Positions 54,622 through 63,247 of a stretch of 64,000 nucleotides of DNA are shown here, piece by piece; position 1 is the first letter of the stretch; each line of letters begins with the position of its first letter. The DNA lies in contig CAWGPD010000004.1 of the NCBI GenBank assembly GCA_963824385.1, positions 416,001 to 480,000 of the forward strand, given 5' to 3'. The notes under the pieces are model-generated. The model had not been told where the DNA came from, ran no database searches, and worked only from the letters and a program-made list of their open reading frames with translations. This DNA comes from an uncultured Nitrososphaerota archaeon (GTDB lineage: Archaea > Thermoproteota > Nitrososphaeria > Nitrososphaerales > Nitrosopumilaceae). The position numbers were made by a program, and so were the translations under genes.

Positions 54622-55163
54622 TTCACAATCCTCCTAAACTCGGATATTTTTTGTTGAAGATCTGATTCATTTAAAACGACTTTTCCAGCCTCTGTATTTA
54701 CATTTAATTCTATCCAAGATTTGCATCCGTGATATTCTGGAAGAATAGGAATCTCGATTGGAGGAATCTTGAATACCTTCAAGAAAATTGCCACCATGGG
54801 TTTTTGAGGCATCCAGTTCATTCTTTCCACCATATACGAATCACTCCATATATGAAATTGTGATAAATCATCGATCATTTTCATTGAAGAAACATCATGC
54901 TCAGCAAGTACTTCAGCATACGATGTTATTCTGTTAAATCCCTCTTGCGGCTTTTGTTCTCGCACATCTGCAAGATATCTATAAAATTGTGATTTTAGAG
55001 AAGCATTGTCTTGGTGTTCATATGTTGGAAAGAGTACAAATTTTTTATCTTCAATTTTGAAACCAGATGCAGTCTCAAGTATTCCACCTTTTCGTAGAAG
55101 AACTGTTTGATCTCCGTTTTCAAGTGCGGTTACAACAGTTGCCCATTCTTTTAGTGCTTTCAT
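54618..55163 (-). CDS. DUF1802 family protein
   Basis: ALKEWA, LRKGGI, LFPTYEHQ, GCKSW. Confidence 0.85.
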   Translation of the reverse strand: MKALKEWATVVTALENGDQTVLLRKGGILETASGFKIEDKKFVLFPTYEHQDNASLKSQFYRYLADVREQKPQEGFNRITSYAEVLAEHDVSSMKMIDDLSQFHIWSDSYMVERMNWMPQKPMVAIFLKVFKIPPIEIPILPEYHGCKSWIELNVNTEAGKVVLNESDLQQKISEFRRIVN

Positions 55164-55835
55164 CACCCAAGACTCCTAATAAGAGGAACAATGTCTTTTT
55201 TGACACAAACAAGCATTGGTGTGTCTACTGCAACATATCCACTTACACGAGTTTCTCGTAGAATCCATTATCAGATCTTGAAATTTGTCCAGGATGTCAG
55301 TTTCAAAGGCAAGCATGAAATCTTCATCATGAATTCCAAATGAGTAAGTGGTGTTTAATTGCACTTCTGGATATTTGTGTCCAACTTGAATGTGTTCTAG
55401 CATCATCTCTTTTCTTTTTTCAGATGGTAGAAGATACCACTCTCGAGTTTTGATAAAAGGATACACAATGACATATTTTTTCTGTGCTTCCCCTCCAAGC
55501 CAACCACGTGGTGGTGGATTATTTGCATAAATTGACGGTCGTGTGTTTGACAAATAAACATGTGTTGGAATAATATATTTCCCAAAAACCGTGAGATATA
55601 ATTTTGATACGACCTCTTGAATTTTTTCAACTGACTCTGATGCAAACCATAGCATAAATTCTGCATCATCTCTTAATCCTAATGTAGAATAAGTCCTGTA
55701 CATCATATGGGAATTTTTAAGAACAATTTCTACTTCTTTGGCAGATTCCTCTTTTGCAAGATCAGCCATCCAACGCCATTTTGGATCTACTTTGAAGAAT
55801 GAGAAATTGAAAAACGTTCTAGGTTGTTCGCTCAT
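55163..55835 (-). CDS. Chlorite dismutase/coproheme decarboxylase (ChdC/HemQ) family protein; one +1 frameshift at ~55263
   Basis: YS..GLR.DAEFM.W, VYPF.K..EWY.L, M.EH...G, YSFG..D. Confidence 0.85.
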
Positions 55836-55963
55836 AATGAGTTAGTCTCGTATTACCTTATTTAAAATCTAATCAAATTAACCAAGTTTGATAAAACAAA
55901 ATCTTAGATAATCTACATCATGTAATGATTATCTTAAATTAGAGTACTTGTGGTTTGCAGAAC

Positions 55964-56059
55964 ATGAAGCGAAATACCAAGATTACAATAGGAATTGCTT
56001 CCATTTTCGGTGCATTTACAATCGTGATGATTGTTTTGATGTTACAGTCAAACCCGTAA
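55964..56059 (+). CDS. 31-aa single-TM peptide, possibly truncated by the adjacent element
   Basis: MKRNTKITIGIASIFGAFTIVMIVLMLQSNP*. Confidence 0.4.
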   Translation: MKRNTKITIGIASIFGAFTIVMIVLMLQSNP

Positions 56060-56177
56060 AACTATAATCGATGACAATAGAATTCAGAGGGAAAATTATA
56101 TCTAGTTTATGATGGTAAGATTAAAAAAATTGATCTAGACCGGATCCATTAAATGATCCAACTATTGCTTTACAAAC

Positions 56178-56546
56178 ATGGTCACGATCAGACATCAGCC
56201 AATAAATGAAATTATAATCCATGAACTTGTTAAAGTCAATAGTATAGAAGATTTCCTCAATATCAAAACCAACAATATTCCACTAGGCAATTCTGCACCT
56301 CCCGCACGTTGGGCAGATGGAATATTATACGAACCACAAGGTTTCCCTCCCACACCAGAAATTATCAAGGATCAGATTGAAGGAAAGATCCATTTTGCAG
56401 CAATAGAGTACACAGAGATGTCACAATACAAACCGTATCTGAAAAATAGCACCAACAATGTTCTTTTACCAATAATTGATATGTCACACAACGCTGCGAC
56501 CAAACAAATTGCACTCTGGTTAAAAGGTCAGATCATTTCCAAGTAA
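56178..56546 (+). CDS. Hypothetical protein (element cargo)
   Basis: 122-aa ORF. Confidence 0.65.
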   Translation: MVTIRHQPINEIIIHELVKVNSIEDFLNIKTNNIPLGNSAPPARWADGILYEPQGFPPTPEIIKDQIEGKIHFAAIEYTEMSQYKPYLKNSTNNVLLPIIDMSHNAATKQIALWLKGQIISK

Positions 56547-56723
56547 ATTTAAAAATTCATTATAATTTCATTAGAGGACACAAACTACCATTGGTAAGAC
56601 ACCAGCATAACAAGCAGGAATAAAATTGGATTTAGGACAGAATAAGATTGAAATTATCAAGTTCATCTAAGAAAAATTAGCATTAGAACGTAAACTTTTG
56701 AAACCTCCATCTGTACTATAAAA

Positions 56724-57131
56724 TTATGAAGCCAAATCTAGTTTTGCCAACATTACGTGTTGAAAATCCAATTGTCCTAATCCGTAATAGTAGTACTGAG
56801 GTGAATCTAATCTCTCTTTACAGCTACCACATTTTTCTGATTGTCTTATTTCTCCCCAATATGCAAACATGTGAATGAACGCTTCTTTCATGAAGTCTCC
56901 TACGCTGGATGTAATATCGGAAATATACACTTTATTTTGGTATTCCCATGCCGTAATGGCATCCACAAAATTCTTTATCCGTTCATTTATTCTCTTTTTT
57001 ATCTCTTCAGATTTAGCATAATCTGGAAATCTATCATATGTCTCATCTCGTGTTGCTTTTACTCGTAAAACGTGTATGGTTTCTAACATGATAATTGATT
57101 CACAATCACTGGATTTTACATTGTAATCCAT
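56724..57131 (-). CDS. Hypothetical protein (element cargo)
   Basis: 135-aa ORF with one CxxC. Confidence 0.6.
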   Translation of the reverse strand: MDYNVKSSDCESIIMLETIHVLRVKATRDETYDRFPDYAKSEEIKKRINERIKNFVDAITAWEYQNKVYISDITSSVGDFMKEAFIHMFAYWGEIRQSEKCGSCKERLDSPQYYYYGLGQLDFQHVMLAKLDLAS

Positions 57132-57226
57132 TTACCGTATAGTCCTAAGTGCTAATAGCCAAATTTATCAAAAACCCATTCTAAAATATGCTACCCACAC
57201 ACTGGAATCAAAATATGCTAGAGTAC

Positions 57227-57610
57227 TCATTCATTTTTTTCTCGTATGGATTTTAAAATCTCAAGAGAATCTACATCATTTTTATCTGAGTGTGAAAATA
57301 GTAATCCTTTCAATTTATTTTTTGGATCTATATTATCATACTCGACAGGCAATCCCACAAGTTTTCGTAACTCTTCTGCATTTTTCCTACTTTGTTCTCT
57401 AAGTTTCTGTAAATGTGGTTCTTGGATTTTTTCATCTGTTAATTTTTCAATTTGACGAAGTTGATCTCCAGTTAATTTTTCAAGAAGTCTTCGTTGTTGT
57501 ATGATGATAAGTTCAAGATGATCAATTCTATCAATCAGATATTCATGAATTAGTATATTTTTTTCTGTTTTTGACTTATGCTTTAAAGCAATATGAAGCC
57601 TGTTCGTCAT
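57227..57610 (-). CDS. Hypothetical protein with antitoxin-like C-terminus (element cargo)
   Basis: 127-aa ORF ending KLKGL...DSLEILKSIRE. Confidence 0.55.
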   Translation of the reverse strand: MTNRLHIALKHKSKTEKNILIHEYLIDRIDHLELIIIQQRRLLEKLTGDQLRQIEKLTDEKIQEPHLQKLREQSRKNAEELRKLVGLPVEYDNIDPKNKLKGLLFSHSDKNDVDSLEILKSIREKNE

Positions 57611-57639
57611 AGTCTATGTCTTCATGCATTACTTGCATA

Positions 57640-58055
57640 TTCTATCTTAATCTCCTTCTACGCAAAATTTCTTCTGACTCCTTTTCTGAATAATTTTGGT
57701 AAGCTGTGCACCTGATAATGTGATGCAACACATCTTATTTCTCTTAGACTGTTATAAAGTCCTACGGTATTTCCTGACATGTATGATTTGATTAGTTCAT
57801 CAATTTGTTTTTTTAATGTATTGTAAATTGTTTCTTTTTACTTTTCCATTTACTTCACATTATCTTCCCAAAATGAATCATCTACAAACCTATTCATTTT
57901 AAATCTATGAGACTGTCTAAAGCAGAATCTGTTAGAACTGTTCAGTTAAATTTATCTTCATTTACAAGTTTAGGTATTATCTCTAATTTCTCTCTAAAAA
58001 TGATGGTTATGTCTTTCAATTAGTTTTGTACTCCTTGCATTTTGATTCATCCATG
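57640..58055 (-). pseudogene. Degraded or low-quality ORF remnants
   Basis: Coding-like fragments (e.g. KKQIDELIKSYMSGNTVGLYNSLREIR) interrupted by multiple stops. Confidence 0.35.
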
Positions 58056-58160
58056 ATATTTTGATTTATTAATAATTTCACCACTATAATTAATTTATTT
58101 GATCGGTTAAATAAGTATTCATATGACACCAGTAAAATCAGAAACTAAATAGTAGTTCAT

Positions 58161-58334
58161 TTATGAAACATCTCGTAAACGCTTCGTATTTTTTGGTTCT
58201 ATTTTTCTGAGATGATCACTAAGTATGATCCTTATTGTTTCAGGTACAGTTTCCAGTAATCTTTCTTTTCGTTCTTTTTCTAATGCCTTGACCATATCAT
58301 CGGGTAATGCTACCATGACTTTTTTCATTACCAT
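58161..58334 (-). CDS. 57-aa ribbon-helix-helix (CopG-like) protein divergent from the transposase
   Basis: MVMKKVMVALPDDMVKALEKERKERLLETVPETIRIILSDHL: alternating beta strand plus two helices. Confidence 0.75.
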   Translation of the reverse strand: MVMKKVMVALPDDMVKALEKERKERLLETVPETIRIILSDHLRKIEPKNTKRLRDVS

Positions 58335-58403
58335 AATACCGTTAGATACCGTCGGATACCTTTATAAATATATGTGTATATACCTATGGGTAGATAACGG
58401 AAT

Positions 58404-59572
58404 ATGGTAATTAATAGAAAACAAATCCAAACAAGAGAACTAAAAGCACTAACAATAGTTGGTCAATCAGATCAAATCAAAAGAATCAATGCAGTAACTT
58501 ACAAAGTAAAATCACAATCTTCTGACACATGGTATGATGTAGTTCATGAATACAAACATGGCTGGAATTGTTCCTGCCCGCTAATAATTAATACATATGA
58601 TTAAACAAAGTGAGATTCCATGTAAAATAATTAGAAAATACTAACAATTAGATAAAAAGAAAAATTGAAAATTCTAATGAACTAATCTGCAAATGTGGTT
58701 CGCCAAACGTAATCAAAGACGGAGTTAGAAAGAACAAGTCTGGTACTATTCAGAGATTCAAGTGCAAGGAGTGTCTTAGAGAATGGTCAGACAATCTAGG
58801 TTTTGCCAAAAACAAGGTAAATTCCAAGATAATCACAATGGCACTAGATCTATACTTCAAGGGAGTATCACTACGTAAAGTAAAAGAACACATTGTATTA
58901 TTTCATGGAGTAAAGGTAAGCCATGTTGCTATTCTAAATTGGATTCAAAAGTTTGGTGAAGTTGTCGCACCGTTTGTAGACTCTTTAGTTCCAAAAGATG
59001 TTTCAGGCGTTTACCATGTTGATGAAATGATGATTCATGTTAGAAAGGAACACCACGAAAAAGGACACTATCAATGGCTATGGAACATGATGGACAATAC
59101 CACGAAATTTTGGATCAGTTCAAAGGTATCTCAGAGACGTGAGGTAGAAGATGCAAGAGCGGTATTCCAAGATGCCAAGAGAAAAACACCAAAACCAATA
59201 GCCATAGTTCATGACGGTTTACACTCATACAATGAAGCATATTGGAAAGAATACTATGAGATGGAAGGGAAAAGAGTACAGAATATCAGATCAGTTAGTG
59301 TAAGGCATAATGGATTAAACCAAACAGTAGAGAGATTGAATGGCATTTTCAGAGATAGAGAGGTGGTAATGAGAGGGATGGATCATAGAGAATCAGCACA
59401 GAAGCTAATTGATGCTTATCGAATCCATTACAATTTCATTCGTGAGCATGGATCTATTGGTCAGACGCCTGCTGAAAGTGCAGGTATTAGACTACAATTA
59501 GGTGAGAATAAGATCGAGACTCTAATCAAAATGGCTTTGTTTATGAAACCAGTTAAAAACCCACTACACTGA
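58404..59572 (+). CDS. IS6-like DDE transposase with N-terminal SWIM-like and Zn-ribbon domains; disrupted at ~58580-58680
   Basis: YKVKSQS..WY.V...WNCSCP; CKCGS..KDG.R....QRFKCKEC; HTH SLRKV..I.NW; HVDE, VHDG and VERLN catalytic motifs. Confidence 0.85.
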
Positions 59573-59761
59573 GCTCAGTATTTAAGAGCTATAACTTTTT
59601 ATCTTGAATTTTCTAATATCGCAACATGGTAGATAGTTTTGACACCCCAGATTGGGATGAGCAAGATATGGAAATATGCCGCAAATCCGATGAAATGGTA
59701 GAAAGCGGAGAAATGACCTACCGACACATAAGGTAAAATAGTATACACCATTCTTCTCTTT

Positions 59762-60031
59762 TTGTTGAGTCAAAACCAAATTAGTATAGTGTACCGTAAA
59801 ACATTTGATGCTTTCTTAGATACTTTGGATAAAACAAGACGTCATAGCATAGAAACAGCTATTATGTCATATGCTGATGGAGAAATTACTTTAGTTGCAA
59901 GAGATTGTCATCATAAAAATGAGCGAAAAAAAGTGGGAATCAATAGTGCAAATGTAGTAGTGTATTATGATGACAAAGGTGATACTTGGGAATTTATTGG
60001 TGGTCTGGAATACATTACAAGAGTAGCCTAA
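59762..60031 (+). CDS. Hypothetical protein, possibly RelE/ParE-like fold
   Basis: 89 aa; beta-alpha-alpha followed by a three-strand pattern. Confidence 0.5.
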   Translation: MLSQNQISIVYRKTFDAFLDTLDKTRRHSIETAIMSYADGEITLVARDCHHKNERKKVGINSANVVVYYDDKGDTWEFIGGLEYITRVA

Positions 60032-60177
60032 ACAACCTGATCACTCTTTTACATCGTGCTAAAAAACTAAAATAACCCCCGATTCTTAACACCGAGAACT
60101 TTTCAGGTCAAACCCAGATATCTTACCAGAAGTATTCATCAAAACACTTATTATTTGAAGATAGAAAATTTTCTTAA

Positions 60178-60477
60178 ATGCCAAATATAGACCAACTAAG
60201 CAGACCACAAAATAAGCTTGAACCAGTTGAAGGAGTAATCGAAAGCATTAGCGAACCAAGAACTGTCAGCCTCAAGACAGGCGGACAAGCTCAGGTTGCA
60301 GATGCAATGCTAAAAGATGAAACAGGACAGATCAAGCTTAGTCTATGGGATGCACAGATAAAGATGGTAAAACAAGGTTCCAAGGTCAGAATTGAAAATG
60401 GATATATTTCTACATTCAGAGGCGAAAACGCTCTCAATGTTGGAAAATATGGAAAACTAGTAGTACTAGAATTCTAG
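60178..60477 (+). CDS. ssb: Single OB-fold single-stranded DNA-binding protein
   Basis: DETGQIKLSLW, IENGY..F.G...LNVGKYG. Confidence 0.88.
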   Translation: MPNIDQLSRPQNKLEPVEGVIESISEPRTVSLKTGGQAQVADAMLKDETGQIKLSLWDAQIKMVKQGSKVRIENGYISTFRGENALNVGKYGKLVVLEF

Positions 60478-61076
60478 ACATATCTGCTAGACTGATTCTT
60501 CCCCTTTCTCCAATCCATTACGCTAAGTATTATCCCAGATATTACCACAATAATTCCAATAATCAACAAAAATCCTGCCTCGGCCAAGGGAATTATATTT
60601 TTTACAAATGGTGAGTTAGGATCAGTTAACGCTTTTGATTTTTCAGGGTTCTCTGTGAATAACATTATTACAGTTATTGATTCCTTACCTTTGTTTTCAA
60701 CATTAAAGTTGTATGTATCAGCTTTTGATACATCAAATGATTTTATGAAAATTGGATCATCTTCAACAAATGAGCCAAATTTATCTCCAAAGATATTAGA
60801 TATTGATATTCCTACATTATCATTCGGATTATAATCCACTATGTGAACTCCCCACATCAGTGGCACTCCAGCTGTATTGACAGTATGTGAGAATGTATAC
60901 ACATTACCTGCATCAATTGTTACTTTATCAGATACATTATCAAACAGGCTTTCTGGAGAAGGGAAGAAATCTCCATTAGTGCCTTGCTCTTGGGGCATAA
61001 TAGAATATGCAATAGATGCAGCCAAGATAATCATTATTGTTCCAGTAATCAGAATTATTGGACCTCGTTTTTTCAT
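60474..61076 (-). CDS. Membrane protein with N- and C-terminal TM helices
   Basis: Hydrophobic termini, beta-rich central domain. Confidence 0.7.
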   Translation of the reverse strand: MKKRGPIILITGTIMIILAASIAYSIMPQEQGTNGDFFPSPESLFDNVSDKVTIDAGNVYTFSHTVNTAGVPLMWGVHIVDYNPNDNVGISISNIFGDKFGSFVEDDPIFIKSFDVSKADTYNFNVENKGKESITVIMLFTENPEKSKALTDPNSPFVKNIIPLAEAGFLLIIGIIVVISGIILSVMDWRKGKNQSSRYV

Positions 61077-61171
61077 TTTAAATGATATACCTCAATTTTG
61101 TCATAATATAAAATTGATAGAGACATATCGCTACAGAAAAATTAATTCAATATTAATTAAGCGTACAAGTA

Positions 61172-61990
61172 CTACTTTCGTCTGGATTTAATTTTTCTTT
61201 TAGGTGCTTTTTTTGCACGAGATTTTGTTTTACTTTTTGCTACTTTTCTTTTAGCAGGTTTTCTGTTTGCTTTTACTCTTCTCTTTCTTTTCTGAGCTGC
61301 AATTGCTGCCATTCTCTTTCTTTTCTGAGCTGCAATTGCTGCCATTCTCTTTCTTTTCTGAGCTGCAATTGCTGCAAGATTCTTTTGAACTATCGATAAT
61401 GCGTTGCTTACTTGGGTTTCAATCTTTTGGAGAGACTCAAATTTTGGTCTTAAGGCAGCCTCTTCTTTTGTACCAACCTTCAGTTGTTCAACTAGTGCAG
61501 GTTTAGCATGAATTTGTTTCTTTAACTGTTCCTCTATCTTTACTTTCTCCTTTTCAGTAGATTCTATTTCCTTTTCCAATCTTGTCTGGTGAGATTCCCT
61601 TTCCTTTAATTCTGCATGCAATTCTGCTATTTTTTCATCAATATACTTTAGTCTTTGAACTGCACTAATCTTTTCTTCAGTGGCGCCATATTCACTTTGT
61701 TGTTTTGCCTCGTCCTTTGCATTTTCCTCATGTTTTAGTCTCTCCTCAGCAGCAATCTTGAGCCTCTCTATGCTTGCCTTTTGTGAGAGATGTTGGTTAA
61801 GAATTTGAACTATGTGGTCCTTGGCCCTGGTTAGATCTTCTTTTTTCTTATCAAGTGCAACAAGGCCAGATGATGATCTTCTTTTTTTAGAGACTGCTTC
61901 TTTTAGTTTGTTTTCAACCTGTTTTCGTAATTTTGACACTTCTGCTTTTTTTATACCGTATGACTTTGAGAGTGCCTCAAGTGATGCCAT
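61172..61990 (-). CDS. Coiled-coil protein with Lys/Arg-rich tail
   Basis: E/K/Q-rich heptads; repeated AAIAAQKRKR. Confidence 0.75.
   Translation of the reverse strand: MASLEALSKSYGIKKAEVSKLRKQVENKLKEAVSKKRRSSSGLVALDKKKEDLTRAKDHIVQILNQHLSQKASIERLKIAAEERLKHEENAKDEAKQQSEYGATEEKISAVQRLKYIDEKIAELHAELKERESHQTRLEKEIESTEKEKVKIEEQLKKQIHAKPALVEQLKVGTKEEAALRPKFESLQKIETQVSNALSIVQKNLAAIAAQKRKRMAAIAAQKRKRMAAIAAQKRKRRVKANRKPAKRKVAKSKTKSRAKKAPKRKIKSRRK
61281..61375. repeat. 33-bp tandem repeat, ~2.9 copies (MAAIAAQKRKR)
   Basis: Unit CTCTTTCTTTTCTGAGCTGCAATTGCTGCCATT at 61281, 61314 and 61347. Confidence 0.9.
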
Positions 61991-62147
61991 GCGATAATGA
62001 GCTTTTATAATCGATTAAGTTTGTGTTATGATCAGTATTTGACATACGAGTTAAAATTTTTAACATATTTTTGATCTATTTTCTAAAATATCAAGCCATG
62101 ACAAGTGTCACCAAGTAGATTTTATTTACCAAATACGTATCAAAGGC

Positions 62148-62459
62148 ATGGAATTTCATCCATCACAGTTACCAATTGCTCATTCTTTTATGATCGATGA
62201 TGAACAAGAATCTGGAGATGTGGCATCACAAATGGTAAGAATTGGTTTTTCAATGCAAAAAGGAGCATTCAAAGTAATCATGACAAAAGAACAAAAAGTT
62301 GCAAAGAAGATCGGATTTACAATCATGAATGAATTAAACTTTGGATTAAGAAAAGCAAAACAAGAACGCGATATTAGATATTGGATATACAGTCATGATA
62401 AAGATCATTATGCGATGGTTTTGATAAGCTCCAAAGTCATGCAAGAATTAGGTTTTTGA
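62148..62459 (+). CDS. Conserved hypothetical protein
   Basis: 103-aa ORF. Confidence 0.7.
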   Translation: MEFHPSQLPIAHSFMIDDEQESGDVASQMVRIGFSMQKGAFKVIMTKEQKVAKKIGFTIMNELNFGLRKAKQERDIRYWIYSHDKDHYAMVLISSKVMQELGF

Positions 62460-63122
62460 CTTGTCAAAGATAAGTTCGATCTTTAATTTCTTGGAAACAA
62501 TATTGGCAACCAATATTCCAAAGATTACACCAGATATTACAGTTGACGGGTATTCTTGTAATAGGTATAATCTGCTAATTGAGACAACTGCAGGATAGAT
62601 CCACAATAGATACCAACCATTAGGAAAACGCCTAGACAGCGCATATCCAATTATGAATGCAAATATGGTAGTTCTCACAGTAGCCCCTGCTGGAAAAGTC
62701 CCCTCAATTTGGCATGGCACACCAACATCTGCCCCCGATTTGAATGGTAGTTGAGCTCCCAAGTACTCTAGTGTAGGTTTTTCATATCCAGTATAACATC
62801 TAATGTAAGCCACAGCCATGCTACCTACCAATAATGAAAGTAGTAGTATCAGACCAAGTCGCCTTGTTCTTTTTATTATAAACAGAACGATGCTTACAAA
62901 TATTGGATAAAGTACCCATCCCAGTTCAGTAAACATATCCATGGTGAGATCTATTGTTCTATTACCTACAAGTTTTGAAATATAATTTTCAAAGCCAGTA
63001 TCATATATCAATACTGTTTTTGCAACGGTAACATAAAGTAGAATTAAAAATGCAAGTAATAGTAAGAAAAATGTTCTACTTCTTATATCAAAGATCCAAT
63101 TCTGCAAAGAAATCCCTCCCAA
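62448..63122 (-). CDS. PAP2-family membrane phosphatase-like protein with degenerate active site
   Basis: TM topology plus FPAGA and SRLYLLQEYPSTV in place of PSGH and SRxxxxxHxxxD. Confidence 0.75.
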   Translation of the reverse strand: MGGISLQNWIFDIRSRTFFLLLLAFLILLYVTVAKTVLIYDTGFENYISKLVGNRTIDLTMDMFTELGWVLYPIFVSIVLFIIKRTRRLGLILLLSLLVGSMAVAYIRCYTGYEKPTLEYLGAQLPFKSGADVGVPCQIEGTFPAGATVRTTIFAFIIGYALSRRFPNGWYLLWIYPAVVSISRLYLLQEYPSTVISGVIFGILVANIVSKKLKIELIFDKSKT

Positions 63123-63247
63123 GTATTAACATCAGCATTAAGATCGGATATCCTTCCATATTAAAATCAAGATACTTGTCTTTGAGTATTCCTATTGATC
63201 GTTTTACGACTAAAAGATTTTAACCACATCTCAAGATAGGATCGACG

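Larger units (their letters stand above)
56047..60115. mobile_element. Putative ~4 kb IS6-like DDE element with passenger genes; ends tentative
   Basis: Contains a DDE transposase, an RHH gene and orphan ORFs between conserved neighbours; GTCAAACCC direct repeat at 56047-56055 and 60107-60115. Confidence 0.5.

Noticed and set aside
8384..55835. Mass pseudogenisation or programmed frameshifting
   Set aside because: Breaks hit essential genes (srp54, hemA), both halves remain conserved, no slippery heptamers are evident, and the sites share AGCT/GATC context
56056..60106. Terminal inverted repeats of the DDE element
   Set aside because: Comparing both ends by eye gave only weak partial matches (TGTTA core)
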